From Alphaproteobacteria bacterium (GTDB lineage Bacteria > Pseudomonadota > Alphaproteobacteria > UBA2966), in the NCBI GenBank assembly GCA_965200265.1, contig OZ241357.1, positions 8,179 to 72,178 of the forward strand: a DNA stretch of 64,000 bases, given 5' to 3'. The position numbers were made by a program, and so were the translations under genes. This document shows, in pieces, positions 9,672-19,852 of the stretch (the stretch's first letter is position 1; each line of letters begins with the position of its first letter). The notes under the pieces are model-generated. The model was not told where the DNA came from and searched no databases. It saw only the letters and a list, made by a program, of their open reading frames with translations.

Positions 9672-10205
9672 GTGACCGCCATGAGACGGTTTCAGGCCGC
9701 CGTGTCCGCCGTCTCGAGGTTCGCGGGGCGCGTTTCCGCGGCGATCCTGGTCGCGATGGTGGCGCATATCGTTCTCGAGATCGTCCTGCGCGGCTTCTTC
9801 CACACGTCGACCTTCGTCGTCGACGAATACGTCGGCTACGGCGTCGCCGCCATGACCTTTCTCTCCCTGGCCTACGCCTTCGAGGAAGGGTCCCTCATTC
9901 GCGTCAACCTGCTGCTCGTCCGGCTGCGCGGGCGGCCCAGGCATGTCGTCGAGTGTTTTTGCGTCGTCGCGACGCTGGGCGTCACGGTCTTCGTCGCCAC
10001 CTTCTTCTGGCGCGGCGTCAAGCGGAACTGGGACCGGGGCGCGGTCAGCGAGTCGATGGCGGAAACCCCGTTGTGGATCCCCGAGGCGCTGGTGTTCGCC
10101 GGCCTCGCCCTGTTCGCCGTCCAGTTGCTCGCCTACTTCCTCCGGCTGCTCGGGGGCGAGCGGCCCATGGACGCGGACCGCTCCGCGGACTTCGGCGCGC
10201 GGTAG
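9672..10205 (+). CDS. TRAP transporter small permease (DctQ family)
   Basis: 177-aa, four-helix hydrophobic protein between the SBP and large permease genes. Confidence 0.85.
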   Translation: MTAMRRFQAAVSAVSRFAGRVSAAILVAMVAHIVLEIVLRGFFHTSTFVVDEYVGYGVAAMTFLSLAYAFEEGSLIRVNLLLVRLRGRPRHVVECFCVVATLGVTVFVATFFWRGVKRNWDRGAVSESMAETPLWIPEALVFAGLALFAVQLLAYFLRLLGGERPMDADRSADFGAR

Positions 10206-10209
10206 GTTC

Positions 10210-11526
10210 ATGGACGCCCTGTTCACCGGCGCCGCGACGCTGCTGCTCGTCTTCCTGTATCTGGGTCTCGGCGCCTGGGTGTTCTCGGGCCTGATGCTGG
10301 TGAGCGTCACCGGCCTCTACTTCCTCGTCGACTTTCCCCTCGAGCGTATCGGCGCCATCGTCCAGCCGATCGTCTGGCGCAGCGCCAGCACCTGGGAGCT
10401 CGCCGCCATCCCGATGTTCGCGTGGATGGGCGAGATCATCTTCCGCACCGATATTTCGGAACGCCTGTTCCGCGGCCTGTCGCCGCTGGTGGACGCGGTG
10501 CCGGGGCGCCTCCTCCACACCAACGTCGCCGGCTGCACCCTGTTCGCCGCGGTGAGCGGGTCGAGCACCGCGACGACCGCGACGGTGGGCAAGATGACCG
10601 CGACCGCCTTGACCGAGCGGCGGTACGACACCGATCTCGCCATCGGTTCGCTGGCCGGCGCCGGCAGCCTCGGCCTGCTCATCCCGCCGTCCATCGTCAT
10701 GATCATCTACGGCGTCCTCGCGGAGGTCTCCATCGCCAGGCTGTTCGCGGCCGGCGTGCTTCCGGGGCTGATGATCGCCGGGCTCTATTCCGGCTATATC
10801 GCCGTCCGCTGCCTGTTCCAACCGGAACGCGCGCCCGCCGGCGGCGAGACCTACACCTGGGGCGATCGCGCGCGCGGCGTATTCGACCTGCTCCCGGTTC
10901 TCGTCCTCATCGTGCTCGTGCTCGGCGGCATCTATTCGGGCCTGGCCACGCCGTCGGAGGCTGCGGCGGTCGGCGCCGCGGCCACGGTCGTCATGAGCCT
11001 CGGCATGGGTCAGTTGACCTGGCCGGTCTTCGTCGAGTCCCTGATGGGCGCGGTGAAGATCTCGTGCATGGTCTGCTCGATCCTGGTGGCGGCGGCGCTC
11101 CTTTCGACCGCCATGGGCTATCTCCACGTTCCGACCGAGCTGGCCGGCTGGATCGCGACGCTCGACCTGTCTCCCTACGGGCTGATCTTCATCCTCGGCC
11201 TGTTCTACATCGTGCTCGGGCTGTTCCTCGACGGCATCTCGATCACCGTGATGAGCCTGCCCATCACCCTGCCCCTGATCCTGCAGGCGGGATTCGACCC
11301 GATCTGGTTCGGCGTCTTCCTGGTGGTGATGGTCGAACTGGCCCAGATCACGCCGCCGATAGGCTTCAACCTGTTCGTGCTTCAGGGCCTCACCGGCCAC
11401 CCCGTCGGCCGGGTCGCCGTCGCCGCCTTCCCGTTCTTCGTCCTGATGTGCGTCGGCGTCGCGATCCTCACGGTCTGGCCGCGGATCGCGCTCTGGCTCC
11501 CCGAGGCGATGCTGGGCGGCGGGTAG
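10210..11526 (+). CDS. TRAP transporter large permease (DctM family)
   Basis: Inner start MDALFTGAATLLLVFLYLG in ORF 9943..11526, 4 nt after the DctQ stop. Polytopic 438-aa membrane protein. Confidence 0.9.
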   Translation: MDALFTGAATLLLVFLYLGLGAWVFSGLMLVSVTGLYFLVDFPLERIGAIVQPIVWRSASTWELAAIPMFAWMGEIIFRTDISERLFRGLSPLVDAVPGRLLHTNVAGCTLFAAVSGSSTATTATVGKMTATALTERRYDTDLAIGSLAGAGSLGLLIPPSIVMIIYGVLAEVSIARLFAAGVLPGLMIAGLYSGYIAVRCLFQPERAPAGGETYTWGDRARGVFDLLPVLVLIVLVLGGIYSGLATPSEAAAVGAAATVVMSLGMGQLTWPVFVESLMGAVKISCMVCSILVAAALLSTAMGYLHVPTELAGWIATLDLSPYGLIFILGLFYIVLGLFLDGISITVMSLPITLPLILQAGFDPIWFGVFLVVMVELAQITPPIGFNLFVLQGLTGHPVGRVAVAAFPFFVLMCVGVAILTVWPRIALWLPEAMLGGG

Positions 11527-11535
11527 CGCCCGTCC

Positions 11536-12471
11536 TCACGCCTCGGCGGCGAACGCCCTCCTGTAGACGGGACCCAGCAGGGCCGGCAGCACGAACATCG
11601 GCACCTGGGCGAGAACGAGGTAGAGCTCCAGGTCGGGCATGACGCCCGCCGGGACCACCGCGAGGATGATGGCCATGTTCCGGTTGCCGGCGCAGAACGC
11701 GACGGTGAGCGCGCGCCGCCGGCCGAGGGCGACGAAGGGCGCGGCCGCGTAGGCCTGCATCCCCGCGTTGGCGACGAACGACAGCGCCACCACGGCCAGG
11801 ACGTATATCGGCCGGTCGATCATGACCGCGCCGATCCCGTCCATGATGGCGATCGCGAAGACCATCAGGACGATCAACATGCACGAATCGAGCGGACCGG
11901 CGGCGGCGGTCACGCGCTCGCGTCCCAGCAGCTTTCGGGCGGCCGCGGCCGCGGCCGTCGCGCTGCCGACGAGGATGCCCAGCCGCCACATAAGCTCGCC
12001 GGCGGTCACGCCGAACTCCAGGTCGAGCAACCCGACGGCGACCGCCGGCAGGCTGAACGGAACGGCCAGCGTGGTCAGCGCCATCACCAGAAGGCACAGC
12101 GCCGCGTCCAGTCCGAGGATCATGCACAGCGCGGGCGCCGACAGGATGGGCGCCGACGCCGCGGAGAGCACGAGCGCCGCCTCGATGCCCGGGGGCAGTC
12201 CGAAGGGCGTGACGATCGCCGAAAGCACGACCGGCGCGCCGAGCACGATCCACGCGGCCGCGAGCACGACCGGCGCGGGCCGGCGCGCGTGCCGGCCGAC
12301 GGCGTCCCAGTCCACCCGCATCGCAGCGAGGAACAGCAGGGCCCAGACGATTTCGGCGAGACGGGGGCGAAGCGCCGCGGCGAGAGGCGGCGCGCCGATC
12401 CCCGCCGCGATCGACAGGACGAGAAGCTTCGTGGCGTGGCGCGCCAGCCACCGGGAGATGCGGTCCGGCAT
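11536..12471 (-). CDS. bile acid:sodium symporter (BASS/SBF-like) family membrane transporter
   Basis: ORF 11536..12471, 311 aa, about 9-10 hydrophobic helices. Family assignment made by overall look only. Confidence 0.55.
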   Translation of the reverse strand: MPDRISRWLARHATKLLVLSIAAGIGAPPLAAALRPRLAEIVWALLFLAAMRVDWDAVGRHARRPAPVVLAAAWIVLGAPVVLSAIVTPFGLPPGIEAALVLSAASAPILSAPALCMILGLDAALCLLVMALTTLAVPFSLPAVAVGLLDLEFGVTAGELMWRLGILVGSATAAAAAARKLLGRERVTAAAGPLDSCMLIVLMVFAIAIMDGIGAVMIDRPIYVLAVVALSFVANAGMQAYAAAPFVALGRRRALTVAFCAGNRNMAIILAVVPAGVMPDLELYLVLAQVPMFVLPALLGPVYRRAFAAEA

Positions 12472-12979
12472 GGACGGAGGCGGCGCCGGACGTCGAACGG
12501 CCCGCTCAGGCGGGCCGGACCACGACGAACCCCGCGTCCTTCACGATCGCGCCGGGGAACCGCGCCTCCCGAAGCGCGCACCGCCGTTCGGAGGCGCGCC
12601 TCGAGGGCCGCGCCGGCGCCGGGCGGATGGAGCACCGGGTCGCCTCCCGTGAAAGCGCGCGGCCGATGATGCAGATGGCAGGCATACGCGATGCGGCGGT
12701 TGTCCCGGACGGCCCCGTGGTCTCTGCCCGGTTCCCCATCCTGCATATATCAACGGGGAAATGAATCCCGATTTCAGGCTTCCGGGCCGAAGACCGCCGC
12801 AACCTCTCGTGTGTCGGGTGGGAAAGGGGCGCTCCTTGCGGCGCCTTGCGGGCGGTGGCGCGCCGCCGGGGCGGTGGGAGCGTTTCGTCACGCATCGGCC
12901 GCGTCACGGAGGCCGATCCGGATATCGGCAGCGGAGCGGTCTGCGGGCCTCCGGGCGAGGCGGCTAACATGCGCGCGCC

Positions 12980-14212
12980 ATGAGCTTGCGGAGTCCCGTC
13001 ACCACGTCCGCCGCGGCCGCCGTCGCCGTGCTCCTGCTGGTATTCGCCCTGTTCATGCTGGCGCGCGGCATGATCGAGACCTGGCCGGTTTTCCTCTCCC
13101 CGGTGCAGTCCGGCCTCGGATGGGACCGCGCCGGAGTCGCCTCGGTCTATTCGGTCCTGATGATGGCGTTCGGCCTCGGCGGCATCCTGACCGGGCTGGC
13201 TCACGACCGCTTCGGACCGCGCGCCGTGTACACGGTCGGACTGCTCATGCTCGGAAGCGGATTCTTCGCCGCGTCCCGACTGGAGTCCGTCTGGCAGTTC
13301 CATCTCGCCGTCGGCGTCTGCGGCGGTCTGGGAGCCGCGGCGATCGGCATGGTTCCCGCCCAGTCCCTCATCAGTCGCTGGTTCGACCGCAACCTGGCGG
13401 CCGCCATGGCCTTCGCCTCGACGGGACTCGGTTTCGGCACCCTGTGTCTGGCCCCCCTGTCCCGGGTGCTTATCGACGCGTTCGGGTGGCGCGGCGCGCT
13501 CGAGATGATGGGTGGCGCCGTCATGGCGTTCGCCGGCGCCGTGGTGCTCCTGCCCTGGCGCCGCATCGCCGCCGGTCCGATCCGCCCGGTGGGCGCCGGC
13601 GGCGGGCCGAGTCTGCGCGAAGCGGCGTCCGGGCGGGCCTTTTGGGCCCTCTGGGGGGCGTTCTTCGTCACCTCGGTGGGGATGTACGCCGTCAGTCTTC
13701 AGTCCGTCACCTACATGATGGAGCACGGCATGGACCCGCTCGACGCGGCGACCGCGTTCGGCGTCGCCGGCGGGCTCTCCATCGTGGGCATGATCGTCAC
13801 GGGCATCGCCGCAGACCGCTGGGACCGTCGCATGATCGCCGCCCTGAGCTACGGCCTCGGCATGATCGGGCTTGTGGCGTTGTGGTTGCTGCCCTGGCTG
13901 CCCATCGCCGCGGCGGTCCTCGTGTTCGTCACCTGCTTCGGTCTGTCGCTGGGCGTTCGCAGCCCGGTGATCGCCACGCTGGCGGCCCAGCTCTTTCGCG
14001 GTCGGGGCATGGCGTCGATCTACGGCTCGATCCAGACCGGACAAGGCGTCGGCGCGGCGGCGGGAACCTGGATCGCCGGCGCCTTGCACGACGCCACCGG
14101 CGGCTACGGCGCGATCTTCATCCTGTCGCTCGCGGCTCTGGTCGTGGCCGCCGCGCTGTTCTGGTTCGTGCCGGAAATGCACATCGCCGGCGCGCGGACC
14201 GGGAGGCGCTGA
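12980..14212 (+). CDS. MFS transporter
   Basis: ORF 12980..14212, 410 aa, 12 predicted helices. DRFGPR-type motif after TM2. Confidence 0.85.
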   Translation: MSLRSPVTTSAAAAVAVLLLVFALFMLARGMIETWPVFLSPVQSGLGWDRAGVASVYSVLMMAFGLGGILTGLAHDRFGPRAVYTVGLLMLGSGFFAASRLESVWQFHLAVGVCGGLGAAAIGMVPAQSLISRWFDRNLAAAMAFASTGLGFGTLCLAPLSRVLIDAFGWRGALEMMGGAVMAFAGAVVLLPWRRIAAGPIRPVGAGGGPSLREAASGRAFWALWGAFFVTSVGMYAVSLQSVTYMMEHGMDPLDAATAFGVAGGLSIVGMIVTGIAADRWDRRMIAALSYGLGMIGLVALWLLPWLPIAAAVLVFVTCFGLSLGVRSPVIATLAAQLFRGRGMASIYGSIQTGQGVGAAAGTWIAGALHDATGGYGAIFILSLAALVVAAALFWFVPEMHIAGARTGRR

Positions 14213-14275
14213 CGCGGGACCGGCTGCACCCCGAGGCAGGAGGGAACCGGACCGGGACGGGAAACGGCCGGGTTC

Positions 14276-14971
14276 TCAGTCCCGGTTCCGGTCGTCCGCC
14301 GGCCTGCCGACGATGACCTCGTTGGCGAGCGAATCGTCGATCTCGCCGATGCGCTTGAGGACGTACTCGGGCAGCCTGGCGTATTCGCGGGCGAAGTTCT
14401 CGTTGATCGAATCGATGTGCTGCGCGGCGAGGCTGGCCCCGGTGCAGTCCCCGTCGACGATGAAGGGGCCGAAATTCTCCACGTCGAGCACCCACATGGC
14501 CTCGGGCAGGCCCAGTTCTTCCTTCCAGAACACGTCGACGACCCGTTTCACCGCGCGGCCGTAGAGGGCGGCGATGCCGTAGCCGACCGTCGTCAGGAAC
14601 ACGGTTCCCGTCCTGGCGAAGACGTCCTCGTAGACCCATTTGTCCATGCCGCCCTTGCCGATGACGGCCCGGATCCCGAAGCGTTCGACGTAGTCGGGCA
14701 CGTACTTCCAGTAGCGGAAGCTCGCCGTGGCCTGGATCGACGACAGCCGGTACTCGCCGGGCGCGTCCTCCACCGCGGCGGGGGCGCCGTGCATCTGCAC
14801 GTTGCTCTCGTTCGCGAGATCGAGCGGCGGCCGGTTCCCGGCCCGGAGCACGTGCTCGTAGACCAGGGCCCTGCCGGTGTGGACCGTGCCGTCGAGATGG
14901 ACGACGTCGCCGACGCGGAGCCGCCGGACGTCGTCCTCCCGGAGCGGAATGGCAAGCCTGTGAGTCGCCAT
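14276..14971 (-). CDS. class I fumarate hydratase / L(+)-tartrate dehydratase beta subunit
   Basis: ORF 14276..14971. LRVGDVVHLDGTVHTGR and AVIGKGGM motifs match the Fe-S hydrolyase C-terminal domain. Lies 13 nt downstream of the alpha subunit. Confidence 0.85.
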   Translation of the reverse strand: MATHRLAIPLREDDVRRLRVGDVVHLDGTVHTGRALVYEHVLRAGNRPPLDLANESNVQMHGAPAAVEDAPGEYRLSSIQATASFRYWKYVPDYVERFGIRAVIGKGGMDKWVYEDVFARTGTVFLTTVGYGIAALYGRAVKRVVDVFWKEELGLPEAMWVLDVENFGPFIVDGDCTGASLAAQHIDSINENFAREYARLPEYVLKRIGEIDDSLANEVIVGRPADDRNRD

Positions 14972-14984
14972 GTCCCGGCCCTCC

Positions 14985-15971
14985 CTATTCGACGCCCGCG
15001 CGGCGCGAGTAATCCGAGAACCACGACGGCGCGGGGCGCGTCTCCGCGCGGCCGTCCATGTGGACGCGAACGACGCCGCGGCGGGTGGCCTGGCAGAGCT
15101 GATGGATGCCCATCGGCGTCAGCGCGCTGTGGGTGTACGCGATCTCGACGTGGACGTCGGTGGCGTATCCCGCCGTGCCCACGTAGCCCATGGCGCCGAT
15201 CCCCAGCGAATTGGCCATCTCGAGGAGCTCGTCCTCGAGCGCCGCCACGTCCGGGTCGGGGTGGCGGTCGCCGATGGGGCGGAGTTGCGCGGCCTGCTTG
15301 GCGATGGCGAAGGACTGGTCCTTCGTCCCGCCGAGGCCGACCCCGATCACCACCGGCGGGCAGGTCAGGCCCCGGCGGCCGAATTCCGCAATGGCGTCGA
15401 GCACGGCCTTGCGGATGCCGGGCAGCCCGTCGCCGTCCACCAACATGCGGAAGTCCGTCCCGAAGGCGCCGCCCTTGTGGACGGCGCAGATCTCGATGTA
15501 ATCGGCGTCCGGCTCGACCCTGTATTCGATGTTGGGCGCGAACACGCCGACGTTGTTGCCGGGATTGCGCCGGGTGATGGGATGGCAGCGGTTCGACCGC
15601 AGCGCCAGATCGCCGGTGATGCGCTCGGTCGCGCGGCGCACGGCGCGCTCGAACGAGACGAAGCCGCCGGCGACCGTCGCCTCGTTGCCGATGACCGCGT
15701 AGATCCGCGGCACGCCGACGTCGGCGCAGACGGGACGCTGATCGTCCTCGGCCGCGTGAAAGTTGTCGACGATCGCCTCGAGCACGCGCTTGGGCAGCTC
15801 TTCCCGTTCGCGGTCGCGCATCCCGACGAAGGCCCGCTTGACGTCGTCGGGCAGCGTCGTCGCCGCGAGGCGATGGGCCTCGTAGGCCGCCTCCTCCAGC
15901 AGTGCCTCCGGAATCCCGCCGCCGGCCGCGGGCGAAAGCGCCCCCGCCAGCCCGCCTGTCGCATCCGTCAT
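14985..15971 (-). CDS. class I fumarate hydratase / L(+)-tartrate dehydratase alpha subunit
   Basis: Inner start MTDATGGLAG in ORF 14985..16568. CADVGVP, HKGGAFG and VIGVGLGGT motifs match the Fe-S hydrolyase N-terminal domain. Confidence 0.85.
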   Translation of the reverse strand: MTDATGGLAGALSPAAGGGIPEALLEEAAYEAHRLAATTLPDDVKRAFVGMRDREREELPKRVLEAIVDNFHAAEDDQRPVCADVGVPRIYAVIGNEATVAGGFVSFERAVRRATERITGDLALRSNRCHPITRRNPGNNVGVFAPNIEYRVEPDADYIEICAVHKGGAFGTDFRMLVDGDGLPGIRKAVLDAIAEFGRRGLTCPPVVIGVGLGGTKDQSFAIAKQAAQLRPIGDRHPDPDVAALEDELLEMANSLGIGAMGYVGTAGYATDVHVEIAYTHSALTPMGIHQLCQATRRGVVRVHMDGRAETRPAPSWFSDYSRRAGVE

Positions 15972-16173
15972 GTCGGCCTCCCCGAACCTTCCTGAATTTG
16001 GTATGATCAGCATGGCCCGGCGGCGCCCGGACGGCAAGGGCCGGAGGGACGTCCGGCGGGCGCGCGAAAACTCCGGGAAACGGGGTAGACCGGGCGACGG
16101 GTTTGCGGCAACATCGGGCCGCGGTCGACGGGCGATCCGAAACGTCGCCGTGTCGTTGACAGGGGAGGACACC

Positions 16174-17190
16174 ATGAAAGTCGTTGCGAGAAAGAGTTGG
16201 CTCGCGGCCGGTGCCGCGGGCGTCATGCTCGCGGCCGTTTCGGCCGTGCCCGCCAAGGCGGAAGTTTCCACGGTAAATCTGGCCCAGCAGTTCGGGCTCC
16301 TGTACGTGCCGCTGCACGTCGTGCTCGAGCACAAGCTCGTCGAGAAGCACGCCGGGAAGATCGGCCTGCCCGTGCCCGAGATCAAGCTGTTCAAGATCAG
16401 CGGCGGCGCCAACATCAACAAGGCCCTGCTCGCCAAGACCATCGATTTCGGCGCCCACGGCATCGGTCCGGCGCTCAAGCTCTGGGGCAAGACCAACGGC
16501 GCCTTCAAGGTGGCGAGCGGCATGGCCGACATGCCCCTGAAGCTCAACACCAACGATCCGAACGTCAAGACGGTCGAGGACTACGTCAACGCCACCGACC
16601 ACAAGATCGCGACCCCGGCGGCCAAGGTGTCGATCCAGGCCGTGACCTTGCAGATGTACGCGGACATGAAGTGGGGCGAGCCGACCAAGCTCGATCACCT
16701 GGTCGTCTCCATGAAGCACCCCATCGCGCTCGCCGCCATCATGTCGGGCGGCCAGACGGTGAAGAGCCACTTCGCCACGCTGCCCTACTCCTTCCAGGAG
16801 CTGAAGAGCGGCAAGGTCCACAACGTCATCACGTCCTACGACATCCTGGGCGGTCAGCACACGGTGCTGGTGATGAGCGCCAGCCAGGACTTCAAGGACA
16901 AGAATCCGAAGACCTACCAGGCGGTGATCGGCGCCTACAACGAGGCCTTCGAGTGGGTGAACGCCAATCCCGAGGACGCGGCCGAGCTCTACATCAAGTA
17001 CACCAAGACCAAGCTCGACCCGGCCGAGGTGAAGGCGATGCTGACGGACAAGAACGAGATCGAGTTCGATCCGACGCCGAAGCACACCATGAAGTACGCG
17101 AACTTCCTGCACAAGATCGGCGACATTCCCAAGGCCGACAGCTGGAAGGACTTCTACTTCGAGAACAACCACCACATGTCCGGTAGCTGA
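16174..17190 (+). CDS. ABC transporter substrate-binding protein (NitT/TauT, sulfonate/taurine type)
   Basis: Inner start MKVVARKSWLAAGAAGVMLAAVSAVPAKA (signal peptide) after GGGGAGG. Followed by ATPase and permease genes. Confidence 0.85.
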   Translation: MKVVARKSWLAAGAAGVMLAAVSAVPAKAEVSTVNLAQQFGLLYVPLHVVLEHKLVEKHAGKIGLPVPEIKLFKISGGANINKALLAKTIDFGAHGIGPALKLWGKTNGAFKVASGMADMPLKLNTNDPNVKTVEDYVNATDHKIATPAAKVSIQAVTLQMYADMKWGEPTKLDHLVVSMKHPIALAAIMSGGQTVKSHFATLPYSFQELKSGKVHNVITSYDILGGQHTVLVMSASQDFKDKNPKTYQAVIGAYNEAFEWVNANPEDAAELYIKYTKTKLDPAEVKAMLTDKNEIEFDPTPKHTMKYANFLHKIGDIPKADSWKDFYFENNHHMSGS

Positions 17191-18027
17191 ATGGCGACCG
17201 GCAGCGAACCGGCGGTGGGGACGGCGGGCGCGACGCCCGCCGTCCTCGACGTCGACGGCGTCACGCTCCAGTACAAGACCAAGGAGCACCTGATCACCGC
17301 GACCTACCGGGTCAGTTTCCAGACGTACCCGGCGGATCGCTTCGTCATCCTCGGTCCGTCCGGGTGCGGCAAATCGACCCTGCTCAAGGGGATCGCGGGC
17401 TACCTGCATCCCGTCGAGGGCGAGATGCGCCTCAAGGGCAACGCGATCCGCGATCCCGGACCCGACCGCTGCATGGTCTTCCAGGAGTTCGATCAGCTCC
17501 TGCCGTGGAAGACGGTCATGGGCAACATCACCTTCGCGCTCCTCAACGGCGGCAAGTGCCGGTCCCAGGACGAGGCGCGGGAGATCGCCCACGAGTACAT
17601 CCGCAAGGTCAAGCTCGAGCGTTTCGAGGACACCTATCCCCACATGCTGTCCGGCGGCATGAAGCAGCGCGTCGCCATCGCCCGCGCCATGTCCATGGAG
17701 CCCGACGTCCTGCTGATGGACGAGCCGTTCGCCGCGCTCGACGCGCTGACCCGCCGCCAGATGCAGGAGGAGCTTCTGCAGTTGTGGGACGACACGCGGT
17801 TCACCGTGATCTTCGTCACCCACTCGATCGAGGAGGCCGTCATCGTCGGCAGCCGCATCCTGATCATGTCGCCGCATCCCGGGCAGGTGAAGGCCGAGCT
17901 CAACGCCCATCTGCACACCCACGACGACGTCGGCGGCGAGGACTTCATGGCCCTGCAGAACCGCATCCACGGCATGATCTTCGCGGACAGGGTGCTGGAG
18001 GAGGAGACCCAGCCCCAGCATGTCTGA
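17191..18027 (+). CDS. ABC transporter ATP-binding protein (NitT/TauT family)
   Basis: Walker A GPSGCGKST, signature LSGGMKQR, Walker B LLMDEPF. Confidence 0.93.
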   Translation: MATGSEPAVGTAGATPAVLDVDGVTLQYKTKEHLITATYRVSFQTYPADRFVILGPSGCGKSTLLKGIAGYLHPVEGEMRLKGNAIRDPGPDRCMVFQEFDQLLPWKTVMGNITFALLNGGKCRSQDEAREIAHEYIRKVKLERFEDTYPHMLSGGMKQRVAIARAMSMEPDVLLMDEPFAALDALTRRQMQEELLQLWDDTRFTVIFVTHSIEEAVIVGSRILIMSPHPGQVKAELNAHLHTHDDVGGEDFMALQNRIHGMIFADRVLEEETQPQHV

Positions 18028-18940
18028 CCGCGTGATCCAGCCATACGTCCGGGAGGAGCTGGACGACCGGGACGTCGGCGAAGCGGTGGTCGGCGACGTC
18101 GAACGGCGGCTGTCCGTCTGGGAGCGCGTCTCGAACGTCGACGCGGTGCGCAAGCTCAGCGTCCTCGTGACGCTGGTCGTGGCGTGGGAGATCTACACCC
18201 GCATCAGCGACATCAACGAGCTCATGTTCCCGACGTTCTCCTCCACCGGGACGGCTCTCTACAACGCGCTGGTCAACGAGGGCCTGCTGATCAACGTCTG
18301 GAACTCGCTCAGCCTGCTGCTGATGGGCTACGGCATCGGCCTCGGCATCGCCGCCGTGCTCGTCGTCTTCGGCGTGTGGACGCGCTTCGGCAGCGACCTG
18401 CTGACGACGCTCACGGCCATGCTCAACCCGTTGCCGGCCATCGCGCTGCTGCCGATGGCCATGCTGTGGTTCGGCCTCGGTCCGGCGGCCATCGTCTTCA
18501 CGCTGCTCCATTCCATCATCTGGCCGGTGGCACTCAACACCCATTCCGGGTTCATGGGCGTCAGCGAGACCCAGCGCATGGTGGGCCGCAACTACGGTCT
18601 CCGGGGCCTGCCCTACATCTACAAGATCCTCATCCCGGCGGCCTTCCCGTCGATCCTGACGGGGCTGCGCATCGGCTGGGCCTTCGCTTGGCGCACGCTG
18701 ATCGCGGCCGAGCTCGTGTTCGGCGGCCAGGTGGCGGACACGTCGGGCCAGCTCGGCGCCGAGGGATCCAGCGCCGGCGGGCTGGGCTGGGTCATCTTCC
18801 AGAGCCAGATGGAGAACCAGACGCCGTATGTATTCGCCGGCCTGTTCGCCGTGATCCTGGTGGGGATCGTCATCGAGAACGGCGTGTTCCGCAACATCGA
18901 GGATCGCACGATCCGCCGCTGGGGGATGCAGATCGCATGA
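18020..18940 (+). CDS. ABC transporter permease (first of two)
   Basis: ORF 18020..18940, overlapping the ATPase stop. EAA-like loop in the region MGVSETQRMVGRNYGLRG. Confidence 0.88.
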   Translation: MSDRVIQPYVREELDDRDVGEAVVGDVERRLSVWERVSNVDAVRKLSVLVTLVVAWEIYTRISDINELMFPTFSSTGTALYNALVNEGLLINVWNSLSLLLMGYGIGLGIAAVLVVFGVWTRFGSDLLTTLTAMLNPLPAIALLPMAMLWFGLGPAAIVFTLLHSIIWPVALNTHSGFMGVSETQRMVGRNYGLRGLPYIYKILIPAAFPSILTGLRIGWAFAWRTLIAAELVFGGQVADTSGQLGAEGSSAGGLGWVIFQSQMENQTPYVFAGLFAVILVGIVIENGVFRNIEDRTIRRWGMQIA

Positions 18941-19818
18941 CGGACGCGACGACCGAGATCCACGTCCGGCCGGAGTTCGTCGTCGAACGGCTCGAGGCGG
19001 CCCGGAACGTCGACGTCGAGCGGCGCCTGTCTCCGTTCGAGCGAATCTCGAACGTCAACGCGGTCCGCAAGCTCACCATACTCCTGGGCCTCGTCGTGCT
19101 GTGGGAGGGCTACACCTGGATCGGGGAGGTCGAGCCGCTGCTGTTCCCGAGCTTCTCCGAGAGCGCCTCGGTCCTGTGGGAGACCCTGTTGAGCGGCCTG
19201 ATGCTGGAGAAGGTCTGGATCACCGTCTACGTGCTGGTGCTCGGGTACGCGGCGGGCCTGTTCCTCGCCGCGGCGCTGCTGATCTTCGCGGTGATGACGC
19301 GGATCGGCAGCGACTTCCTCAGCACCATGACGGCCATGTTCCAGCCGCTCCCGGCGATTTCCCTGCTGCCGCTGGCGATGCTGTGGTTCGGCCTCGGGGT
19401 GCCGAGCCTGGTCTTCGTCACCATCCACTCGGTGCTGTGGGCCGTCGCGCTGAGCACCCACACCGGCTTCATGTCGGTCAGCGAGACGTTGCGCATGGTG
19501 GGCCGCAACTACGGCCTGCGCGGCATTCCATACGTCTTCATGATCCTCGTGCCGGCGGCCTTCGCCGCCATCCTGACGGGGATGAAGGTCGGGTGGGCCT
19601 TCGCCTGGCGGACGCTGATCGGCGCCGAGCTCGTGTTCGGCGCGGCGTCCGGCGAGGGCGGGCTGGGCTGGATGATCTTCGAGAGAGGCGACAACCTCGA
19701 AACGCCCTACGTCTTCGCGGCCCTCTTCACGGTCATCGTCATCGGCCTCATCGTCGAGAACCTGATCTTCCGCAACGTCGAGATCGGCACGGTGCAGAAG
19801 TGGGGTATGCAGCGCTGA
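18937..19818 (+). CDS. ABC transporter permease (second, paralogous)
   Basis: Inner start MTDATTEIHV in ORF 18184..19818, ATGA overlap with the previous stop. Same N-terminal ERRLSPFERISNVNAVRKL and MSVSETLRMVGRNYGLRG motifs as the first permease. Confidence 0.88.
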   Translation: MTDATTEIHVRPEFVVERLEAARNVDVERRLSPFERISNVNAVRKLTILLGLVVLWEGYTWIGEVEPLLFPSFSESASVLWETLLSGLMLEKVWITVYVLVLGYAAGLFLAAALLIFAVMTRIGSDFLSTMTAMFQPLPAISLLPLAMLWFGLGVPSLVFVTIHSVLWAVALSTHTGFMSVSETLRMVGRNYGLRGIPYVFMILVPAAFAAILTGMKVGWAFAWRTLIGAELVFGAASGEGGLGWMIFERGDNLETPYVFAALFTVIVIGLIVENLIFRNVEIGTVQKWGMQR

Positions 19819-19852
19819 GGCTCCGGGAGCCGGGGCCGGATCGGGAAGACGC

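Noticed and set aside
12472-12979. Possible small or frameshifted gene between the BASS-like and MFS transporter genes
   Set aside because: Several overlapping short frames carry plausible-looking fragments, but there is no start/RBS, no motif and no consistent frame. It is treated as a divergent/convergent regulatory spacer.
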